Below are positions 52,082 to 64,000 of a DNA stretch of 64,000 nt, piece after piece (positions within the stretch are counted from its first letter, which is position 1; each line of letters opens with the position of its first letter). The stretch comes from Utricularia gibba. Its lineage: Eukaryota; Plantae; Magnoliophyta. Position numbers and translations under genes: made by a program. A model generated the notes under the pieces. The model made no database searches and had not been told where the DNA came from. It was given only the letters and a program-made list of their open reading frames with translations. The DNA lies in assembly GCA_002189035.1 (NCBI GenBank), contig NEEC01000013.1, forward strand, positions 2,294,001 through 2,358,000. The letters run 5' to 3'.

Positions 52082-55000
52082 ATGATGGCTGACGGAGTTG
52101 AAGACGAGGAAAAATGGCTCTCCGCCGGGATGGCTGGACTTCAACAGAATGCCTTCTACATGCATCGGGCGCTCGTACTTTCTTACATTCATTTTCCCCT
52201 GACTGATTCTTAAGTGAACCCTAGTTTTCATTGTGATCCACTGGATTTCGTTTCAGGACTCCAACAACTTGAAGGACGCTCTCAAGTACTCCGCTCAGAT
52301 GCTGTCTGAACTCCGCACTTCCAGGCTCTCTCCTCACAAATATTACGTACTTTGTGCGTAAATTGAACCGTAGAATTTTGTTTTTTTTGATGCAATACCT
52401 CGCTGTGGCTTCTTTTTTGCGATCGTCTGAATCTAGGGCTTGTGATCAGATATGAGGGCATTCGATGAACTTAGGAAGCTGGAGATCTTTTTCCGAGATT
52501 CGATCAGCCTAGGCTTCTCCGTCGTCGAGCTTTATGAACTTGTGCAGCACGCAGGCAACATTTTGCCCAGACTGTAAGTCGATTCAGTTGATTTATGTAA
52601 TTTGAGCGTTCCCTTCATCTGATCTTATTCCTCGCAGATATTTACTCTGTACTGTTGGCTCCATCTACATTAAGACTAAAGAGGCTCCAGCTAAAGATAT
52701 CCTAAAAGATCTTGTAGAAATGTGTCGTGGCATTCAACATCCTTTGCGTGGCCTCTTTTTGAGGAGTTACCTGTCACAAGTTAGTCGGGATAAACTCCCA
52801 GATATTGGCTCTGAATACGAAGGGTAGGTGTTTCTAATTTCTTTTTTCCATGCTAATCGGCTTGAGTTTTGATATGTGGACGATCATACGGTATTGTTCT
52901 CACTAAATGGAATCAACATTTGCAGTTAGTGTTTAGTATTCTACATCCGCAATATGGTGCCCTTCATGAAAATTCTTTATTTTGCTCCAAATCAAACTTG
53001 TATTCCTCTTGTTCATGAAGTGATGCTTACAAGTTGAAAATTCTTCTTGAATTTGTATAGCGATGCAGAAACTGTCATGGATGCTGTTGAATTTGTGCTT
53101 CAAAATTTTACAGAAATGAATAAACTTTGGGTTAGAATGCAGCATCAGGTGAGATAAGATATAAAAGCCTATTTTGACTCTTTTGTTGGTTTATAATTCT
53201 GCTTCGTTCTGGACAATGCAATCTTATGATGAAGTCTTGTTATGAATGAGTTTTTCTGGATTGCAAATCTATTGCGTTCAGACGGTTTTCACTATTTTGT
53301 TGTTTCCAGGGACCTGCTAATGAAAAGGAGAAGAGGGAAAAAGAAAGGAATGAACTGCGTGACCTTGTAAGCGAGTTTTTTCTGATTCAGATGTACCTAT
53401 CGTGTACTTGGACCAACAAAATGCTTGACTGTCTTTTTTTTTCTTGTGGACTAGATTGGCAAGAACCTTCATGTTTTAAGCCAGATTGAGGGTGTTGATC
53501 TAGATATGTACAAGGAAGTGGTGCTTCCCAGAGTATTAGAGCAAGTAACAACTGCATTTTGATGGAGCTATGCCTCCATGTTTTATCTATATCTGACTCT
53601 TGATCCTCGTGTGCTTTAGGTTGTTAATTGCAAGGATGATCTTGCACAATATTATTTAATGGATTGTATCATACAAGTCTTCCCTGATGAATATCACTTG
53701 CAGAGTTTAGAAACTCTATTAACTGTATGCCCTCAACTTCAGGTGGGTGCATTCGTGGTTTCATCATGTGGATTAGTAAACTTTCTATCTTATTCATGTA
53801 ACTATGTATGTTATACATATTTCTCTACATTTTTCTTGTTTGCAACACTCTCATGGCTCCTGTGCAACTTGACACAGCCATCTGTAGATGTGAAAACTGT
53901 GCTGGCTCGCCTAATGGACCGGCTTTCGAATTATGCTGCTTCTGGTGCAGAAGTAAGTTACAACAAAAAATGAATGTCAATTGTTGGTATCAAAACTTAA
54001 AGAATTCGTTTTGCAGGTCTTACCTGAGTTTTTCCAAGTAGAAGCATTTATGAAACTGAACAATGCCATCTGCAAGGTATATGCTTTATGGTATTTTGCT
54101 TATTCGATAAATGATAAGAACAAAAAGATTTGTATCCCTCGCATGGTGCTTTTTAATGTTCTACCTTTGGATGCTTATTGCGGTCATTTATATTCCATTA
54201 GTAGATACTTCTGCCATCTATACTCGCATGAATAAATGGTTAGACACAGTTAAGTTGGAAGTTGGCAATATGTTTTACCCTTTCTTTTGGATGCTTCCTT
54301 TGACAAATTGATATTGGCTGTTGAATGCAGGTCATTGAAGCGCAAGCTGATATGCCAATGGTTGGAGTAGTTTCTCTCTATGCATCCCTACTAACATTTT
54401 GTCTACAAGTGCATCCTGACCGGCTTGATTATGTTGACCAAATTTTGGTAAATCATTCATGTTATAGCGTTCATTCTGTTGATTATTTTATGTGTGATTT
54501 GTGATGTTCTTTGCAACTCCTTTTGACATGTGGTGTATGTAATTAATGTGGCTGTTATGTAGCAGAATGTCCTTCAATCATGTTGTGATTTTGAATTCTT
54601 ATTTGATGGAAACTGCAATTTCAAATGAATAATTTCATTCTGCCCCTTATTTTTTGATATTTTAACAAAGAAATCTAATAACGCCTCATCAGAATATGTT
54701 AAAATTTTCAATCAAGCATGTCATGTTTAGACCTTTCTACTACACATTTTTTCAGTTTGCTTCTGTACTCATATAAGAAGTTTTTCTTGTTTGAGTCATG
54801 CCTAAACTAGTCATAGTACTCATTATTTTTAATATATCTAAACTTGGATAAGTATTTAGACATTTCTATTCTTCCTTTGTTACTTTCAGCAACCTTTCTT
54901 ATTTATTCTGGATTCAGGGTTCGTGTGTTAAAGAACTGTCAGGAAGGGAAAAGCTTGATGATGGCAAAGCAACAAAACAGATCATTGCACTTTTAAGTGC

Positions 55001-58000
55001 TCCACTTGAAAAATATAAAGATATAGACATTGTATTGAAGCTCTCCAATTATCGCAGCATCATGAAATATCTGAATGATTCAATGAAGAAAGAGATGGCC
55101 AACATCATTATACAGAATATCATGATCAATAAGAAGACTATCTCAACGGCTGATAAGGTAAGATTGCTCTTTTCCTTTTTCTGGTTGTAGTGAATGATTG
55201 GGGGTTAGTTGGGAGTGTTTTTGAGGTTGCTGTCTCCATTGCATGAAGTCATCGGTTTGCTTTCAGGTGGATGCACTATTTGAATTGATAAAGGGGTTGA
55301 TCAAGGACACAGATGTGGAAACTTATGATGAGGTGTGTCATGTTGAAATTTTCCATTCCCTACGTTTTTAATGCTCTCCACTTCGTTATACTCAAAAAGG
55401 TTTTTTCTGTCTTTAATACAAGCATGATTATGAAAAGCATTTTTGGCATCAAATCAGGGTGATGATGAGTTCAAAGAGGAGCAGAACAACGTTGCCCGTC
55501 TTATACAAATGCTTCACAGTGACAATCATCAAGAAATGTTGAATGTACTATTCTCTTTTACCAAAATGAATGCATTTAGTTTCGTGGGAATCTGTCTCCT
55601 TTTTTCAAGTCCTGCAAATGTGTGTACCATTGTTTTGTGGTCTTTTGATTTCAGATCATTAATACGGTGAGGAATCACATTCTGATGGGAGGTGGAAAAA
55701 GGCTTCCGTATACCATCCCTCCACTTATATTTATCTCTTTAAAGGTAGGGAAACAGTAGGCTGGCATAATCATAATCCGATTCTTGAATTCAGTGAACTG
55801 CAGTTAGCGCTGCATGTTGAACTTAAGCTTGAAGCATGGAGGATAAGCTTGGTCCCTTCTTTGGTTCTTTTTTTTCACCATCTTTTATTGTTTGATCCTT
55901 TTTTGTATTAATTTTTAGTTTCTTGATGATGCTTCCCACTAAAACATATCAGACAAAAAGTCGGTATTTCTTGGCTAGGTTAAATGATTTGGGTATTATG
56001 TTTAAGATTAAGATAATGACATCTTGGTCTGCAGTTAGGCTACAAATTTTGAAAAGATTTATATGAGCATTGCTTTTATGGGAGCTTTTTAGATGATGTG
56101 ATTAAATTTCATTTACTGGGTACAGATTCATATTGTTTTTAAACTCTTCAAAAGATATATTTTGTAGTAATCTTATATATGAATTTTGTAGCTGGTGCGA
56201 CGACTGGAAGGACAAGATCAAACTGGTGAAGATGTATCTGTTACACCAAAAAAGATCTTTCAAATAGTGACACAGGTACCACTGTTGAGCTGTTTTTTGG
56301 AATGAACTTCGCTGCTGCGTACCTGAGATGTGAAACATTTTTTCTGAACAGACATACGTTAATGGGATGATTTCATAGGAGTTATCCCCATTCACTTCTC
56401 ACACTTTACCTGATGCTAAACATATAGATATTTTTCAGCATTCTTGTGTTTGTGCCCACACCATTTATAAATGATGCTCATCATTCATGGTGACAAAATT
56501 CTCCATGATACAAAAATTTCCTTTTGGTCGAATCTGAAGCATTGTTTTGTGGTCCATGAAAAAGATATATCTGCAACACCGCTTATCATGTTAACCATTC
56601 CATTTTTTTTTGTTAAGTTAATTAATCACCATTCACATAGCTAGAAGATGCCTATCTGTAATATAGAACCTTTAGCAAGCATTCCTAAAGTTCATTAATT
56701 TCCAGCCACGCAGCTAAAACACACCCTTTCCTTTGAAAGAACCTTTTTTTGTACTTAATTTTTCTTGTTTTTATTGCAGACAATTGATGCTTTAGCAAGC
56801 ATTCCTACCCCTATGCTTGCTCTGGGGTTGTATCTGCAATGTGCTGAGGTGATTCATTCTTATGCATCTAATTTCCTGATTAAGAACTGCACTTTTTTTC
56901 ACGTCTAACACATTGTTCCCTAATGGCCAATGCTCAGGCTGCAAATGACTGTGATCTGGAACCAGTTGCATACGAATTCTTTACCCAAGCTTACATTCTG
57001 TATGAAGAAGAGATCACGGTAATAAATCCTTTCTAAGGTTGTTTTAAATAAATTTCGTGGATTATAACATTTTAGGAAAATAACATATTGAGCTTTGCCT
57101 CAATGATAATTTATATTTAGGATTCAAGAGCCCAGGTGACTTCCATTCATCTGATAATTGGAACTCTTCAGCGAATGCATGCTTTTGGAGTGGATAATAG
57201 GGATGCCTTAACGCACAAGGCCACTGGGGTAAATTATTGTAAGCCTGTGCTTATGAGTTTGTAGTGGTGTGACAAGTATAGTATATTCTAATGCTGTTCT
57301 GTTGCAGATCCTGATGCAGTTGACCAACACATATGACATTTTTTTTTTCTTTGTAGTATTCTGCAAAATTGTTGAAGAAACCTGATCAATGTAGGGCAGT
57401 TTATGCATGTTCGCATCTGTTCTGGCGTGATGACCATGATGATGTCAGAGATGGAGAACGGTAAGTAAAAACAGATATAGCATGTCCGGAATGAGTAAAA
57501 TTGGTATCTCAATGGCTATTCCTGTATGGCGGTGGAATCTGACGATAGTACATTTTCTTCGAGTTATTATTTTTGTTTACTATTTTATATTCACCCTATC
57601 CTCATGTGTCTGTGCATGTCAAATCTCCCCTAGTGTCTTGCTTTGCTTAAAGCGGGCGTTGAGAATTGCAAACTCAGTGCAACAAATGGAAAATGCAACA
57701 AGAGGCAGCAGTGGGACTGATTCTGTGGTTCTATTTATAGAGATACTGAACAAGTAATGAATGTGACAATTAGGGATTTAAGTTTGCGACCCCTTGCTGT
57801 TTCAATGCCATTTTCTTACTCTTGTTGGATTTCTGTGTCAGGTATCTCTACTTTTACGAGAAGGGGTCCCTCAAATCACCATTGAGTCGATCCAGGATCT
57901 GATCGAGCTTATAAGAAACGAGATGCAAGGCGATAATGCAAAACCAGAGGTGGTGACTAATGCTTTTTTCGCTAGTACATTGCGGTACATTCAGTTCCAA

Positions 58001-58051
58001 AAAGACAAAGGTGGTGTGATCAGCGACAAATACAAGCTCATTGCATTGTGA
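52082..58051 (+). CDS. VPS35: Retromer subunit VPS35, about 20 exons
   Basis: [31 protein letters not shown]|[30 protein letters not shown]...[13 protein letters not shown]|[12 protein letters not shown]...[17 protein letters not shown]...[11 protein letters not shown]...[13 protein letters not shown]. Confidence 0.97.
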
Positions 58052-58853
58052 TACGTCAACGAGGCCTTTCTCAAATTTTCAATGTTTTCACATGGCTTCT
58101 GGTGAGTTCCTCCATCTTTGATATCTCCTCGGTTCAGTATGTCTGTGAATCAGAGATGGTACAGAATATGTGTGATTGCGGATATGTATGTATGGACTCG
58201 AGGTGATTGGAAATGCGTGATACAAGGAACTCTTGATTTCAGATGATTGAGATCTCAGTGCAACTTCAGAAACATGTCTTGATTATTTGCTTCATCATCC
58301 TCCGTTTTTCTTTTCTAGCCCTTGGAGCTTCAAGGTCTGCTGCGTGAACTCTTTCGTTTTTCTTCTGAGATTTCGTATAGCTACTGCTATGTTGCCTATG
58401 GTGCGTTTAGCTCTCAGTGGTATCACTAATAAAATGACTTCTTGCATAACTAACTTCTCCTCCTTTTGGTATTAAGCGTTGGAAGCATTTGTTCACATTT
58501 TCATTAAGCTACTAATCATCATTCTCCAACTTCTACTTGTTCAGTCATGAACACGAGTAGATTCATTGAGGGAGCAAGAGGAAGATGATCATTCTCCGGA
58601 TTTGATTGATTGCTCTATTGAACGTAGAACTTTGGCTTCTCCTTCTCCATCACAAGCCCTGTAATCGATTACCGACATGCAAGCAAGTTGAATAACTGTT
58701 TGTGGATGGGAATCCAGTGGAGAACGTGTTGGGGATCAAGGAACAGAACACAAAGAAACAGAACAAAGTAGAAGATGCAGGCGCTGATCTCCAAGTGACA
58801 GCACAGTAGTTGTAGCAGACGAGTGAGGGGAGGCAGCTGTGCTTGGCGGCGGC

Positions 58854-60267
<1,414 letters not shown>

Positions 60268-60916
60268 TCAAAGCACAAGGTGAAATTCCCGATCTCAGTA
60301 ACAAAATCCTGGCCCCCTCAACGCAGATCTTTCTCCAGAGAGATAGCAAGTGAGAAAAATGCCCAACACCATAAAAACTACGGGTGAAGAAAGGAAGAAA
60401 GAACAAGAGAAATTACAAAGACTAGAAGAAGCAGGGAGTGAAAACGATATTTTCATTCATTCATTCCCCGTAAGCTGGTGCATGCAGGATGATCATCGAA
60501 CAAGCCCAGATCATGAAAATGAAAAAAGAGAAAATTGGCATCAGAGTCCAGATGCAGAAAGACGAAAGGTGATTGGGAGGCAGAAATTTGGGAGTGGAGG
60601 AAGCGGGTGGTCAAAAGTTTCGTCTTTTTTTAGCCTGCCATTGAAGGGACTGCTTCCATTCTTCTGCTCTCCCGGCACGCATTTCTCGCCGCAAATTTTT
60701 CGTCCACTCGCCGAAAATAGAAGTACGGTGCCGGTGAATCTCAAGGTAGATTTTGTGTAATAACTGGTAGACAAATTAGTGAGAGGAAACTGGGGTTGCC
60801 ACTATCCCCTAACCAAAGACAGGGGGAGTTGCAGCTAGACCTGCAAATCTGTATTTTTCAGCGCATCAGCAAGAAATTCGCGCTTCTGAACCAGATGATG
60901 TCGAGGTGGTTGCTGA

Positions 60917-61366
60917 TTGAATCACATCGGTGAAGATAACATTATCGCAGCATGGAATCATGTGCCGAGAGCTGATTTTGTTCTGCACAACACAGACCAA
61001 GAATGGGAATCCGGTGTTCTATCAGCTCTCAATGCATACCAGCCAAATTATGGAATTGGTCCCAGTAGCCATTACAAGGACTTGCCAGCAACCTATCAAC
61101 AAAGGTCTATGGGTGGAATCAAGGTGCACCAGCTGACTGGGCTCGTGGATCAGTCTTGTACATTTCTTTTGGAAATTCAGTTCCCAGTTGTCAACAACAC
61201 AAGTGGTGGAAGAAACAGCTCATTGACTATTTCTTACACGCTCTCAACTTCATATGGGTTGCTAGAGATGCAAGAGAGGGAAGCGACTTACACATGTTCA
61301 CTGGAAGAGTTGAAAGATACATTGGCAATTCCATGGTGTAACCAGACTCATATCCTGCCGTTGTAG
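60917..61366 (+). other. Unassigned 149-codon ORF (TTG start), possibly a decayed transposon or gene fragment
   Basis: Present in the ORF track with balanced composition and preceded by an acceptor-like TTTTTCAG near 60860. No family recognised. Confidence 0.2.
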
Positions 61367-61524
61367 CGTTTCTCACGCACTGCACTTGGAATTCCGTGAT
61401 GGAGAGCATTTGGGCTGGGGTCTCAATGTTGTGTTCTGATCAGCCTACCAATAGTAGACTTGTCGCTGTAAGTAACCAAAGGATTGATTTGACAAAAAGA
61501 TTAAAACTTTGGTTACCACAAGAA

Positions 61525-64000
61525 TTACATCTCGAATTATTGTCTTATATTAGTCGGTGTCACAAAGCGGCCAATAGCATAATCCCATCTACATACGCAT
61601 TTCATTTGATGATGTGAAATTTCGATTTTTTGAAATGATTCCTTATAATACTACGGGTGTGTTCTGACCTACAAGATAATCCGAAATCTTATGCTCGCCT
61701 TGTGAACCATTCGCTATCTAATCGATGACTTGTAAACTGTGATGAGTCAAACTGCACATGACATACAGTTTCGAAACTCGTTATGAGTTGGTCATTTTTC
61801 GTGTTGAAAGCTTCTTCATACGAGGATGCATAAGAGCTCGAATTATTGCTTTATGCTAGTCTTTAGTTGTGTCAAAAAGTAGCTAGGATGTTCGCAATGA
61901 TGCAACTTGGGACACCCGACTCGATGCGAATATGATCTCCGGCTTGAAAAACATATACGTTTCATTTGATGATGTGAAATTTCGATTAGGAGGTAATCCC
62001 TTTCAATGCTACACGTGTGTTCCGACCCAAGTTACATCCCCAAGCCTCATACTCGCCTCGTGAACCGTTTGGCATCTAGCCGATATCCTGCAAACCGTAA
62101 TGAGTGACGCTGTGCACAGTATAACGTTTCGAAGCTAGTTTTGAGCTATTCATCCTTTGTGATGAAAGTTGCTCATCCTAGGATGCATAAGAGATCGAAC
62201 TATTGCCTTGATTTAGCCTTCATTTGTACCAAAAACTGGCTAGGGCGCTCGCGACCGTGCAACTCGGGACACCCAACTCGACAAGAATGTGATATCTCGT
62301 TTGCAAAACATAAAGGTTTCATTTAATGATGTGAAATTTCGGTTTTCGAGGTAATCCCTTATAAAGCTAGCCTCATGCTCGAAAAAACATATGCGTATCA
62401 TTCGACGAAATGAAATTTATATTCACGAGGTAATCCCTCACAATGCCACGGTGCGCTTGATATACCGTTTTGAAGCTTGTTTCGAGTCGGGCGACTTTTG
62501 TGATGAAAACTTCTTCGTCCGATGAAGCGTTAGAGCTCGAATTTTAGCCTCATATTAGCCCACAGTTGTGCCACAAAGTGGCCACCACGTTCGTGACAAT
62601 GCGACTCGGGACACTGGAGTCAATGCGAATGTGATTTCTTGCTTGCAAAACATATGCATTTCATTGGACAATGTTAAATTTTGGATTTCGAGGCGATCCC
62701 AAATAATGCCTCAGGTGTGGTAAGACCCACACCTCGTGTTGACCTCGTGCATTGTTCGGTATCTAGTCGATATCTTGCAAACCGTAATGAGTCACGTTGC
62801 GCTCAATAAACCGTTTCGAAGCTCGTTCCGAGCCAGTCGACTTTTGTGTTGAAAGCTTCTTCGTCTGACAAATTGTTAGAGCTCGAATTTTAGCCTTATG
62901 TTATCCCACACTTGTGCCCCAAAGTGGCCACCACGTTCGCGACAATGCGACTCGGGATACCGTAGTCGATGTGAATGTGATTTCTGGTTTCCAAAACATG
63001 TGCATTTCATTGGACGATGTTAAATTTCCAATTTCGAGGCGATCCCTTACAATGCCTCGAGTGTGGTCCAACCCACATCTCATGTTGGCCTCGCGCACCG
63101 TTCGGTATCTAAATGATATCTTGCAAACCGCAATGAGTCACGGTGCGCTTGGTATAGCGTTTCGAAGCTGGCACCGAGCCGGTCGACTTTTGTGTTTAAA
63201 GCTTCTTCTTTCGACGAACCGTTAGAGCTCGAATTTTAGCCTTATGTTATCCCACACTTGTGCCCCAAAGTGGTCACCACGTTCGCGACAATGCGACTCG
63301 GGCACTGGAATCGATGCGAATTTGATTTCTTGTTTGCAAAACATATGCATCTCAATGCACGATGTTAAATTTCGGATTTCGAGGCGATCGTTACAGTGCC
63401 TCGTGTGTGGTCCAACAACCACCTCATGCTGGCCTCGTGCACCGTTCGGTATCTAGACGATATCTTGCAAACCGTAATGAGTCACGGTGCACTTGGTATA
63501 GAGTTTCGAAGTTGGCTGCGAGCCGGTTGACTTTTGTGTTGAAAGCTTCTTCTTCCGACGAACCGTTAGAGCTCGAATTTTAGCGTTATGTTATCTCACA
63601 CTTGTGCCCCAAAGTGGTCACCACGTTCGCGACAATGCGACTCGGGAAACCGTAGACGACGCAAATGTGATTTTTGGCTTCCAAAGCATAAGCATTTCAT
63701 TTGACGATGTTAAATTTCAAATTTCGAGGCGATCCCTTACAATGCATTGGATGTGGTCCAACCCACATCTAATGCTGGCCTTGCGCACCGTTCGGTATCT
63801 ATATGATATCTTGCAAACGGGAATGAGTCACGGTGCACGTGGTATAGCATTTCGAAGCTGGCTGCGAGCCGGTTGACTTTTGTGTTGAAAGCTTCTTCTT
63901 TCGACGAACTGTTAGAGCTCAAATTTCAGCCTTATATTAGTCCATACTTGTGCAACAAAGTGGCCACCACGTTCGCTACAATGCGACCCGGGACACCGGA
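61525..64000. repeat. Tandem satellite, monomer ~346 bp, about 7 copies in the window, running off the window end
   Basis: AAAGTGG(C/T)CACCACGTTCG at 62575, 62921, 63267, 63611 and 63957 (spacings 346, 346, 344, 346), with degenerate copies near 62230, 61875 and 61564. AAGCTT and GAGCTC recur in most monomers. Confidence 0.96.

Noticed and set aside
61525-64000. 5S rDNA, tRNA array or telomeric repeat as the identity of the terminal array
   Set aside because: I recognised no 5S coding sequence, tRNA cloverleaf with A/B boxes or TTTAGGG runs in the monomer.

Overview
Eukaryotic nuclear DNA from a gene-dense flowering plant, probably a eudicot with a compact genome (inference: about 16 protein-coding genes in 60 kb, many 70-100 nt introns, short intergenic spacers). 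In order: DUF4378/TRM-like gene (5' partial), a repeat-rich 2.7-7.4 kb non-genic block, RAD9, ATL RING-H2 ligase, PRP38, PMEI-pectin methylesterase with an unusual C-terminal tail, HGSNAT-like acetyltransferase, SRC2-like C2 protein, MED14, an RNase P P38-related coiled-coil gene, class II formin (FH14-like), tonoplast sugar transporter, phosphoserine aminotransferase, SNAPIN-like, VPS35, a type I ROP GTPase, and the edge of a ~346-bp satellite array. Best observations: (1) a U12-type intron in RAD9 with a possible frame-preserving all-U2 bypass; (2) two inward-facing arrays of tandemly repeated exon-intron-like modules; (3) a PME with a Lys/Glu/Ser repeat tail followed by an AGP-like segment; (4) five single-base losses in G/C homopolymers that frameshift otherwise intact conserved genes, most likely consensus-sequencing errors. 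No tRNA, rRNA or CRISPR array was recognised, and I cannot support a wholly new multi-gene system. Exon boundaries were read by eye and protein identities come from recalled family motifs, not database searches.
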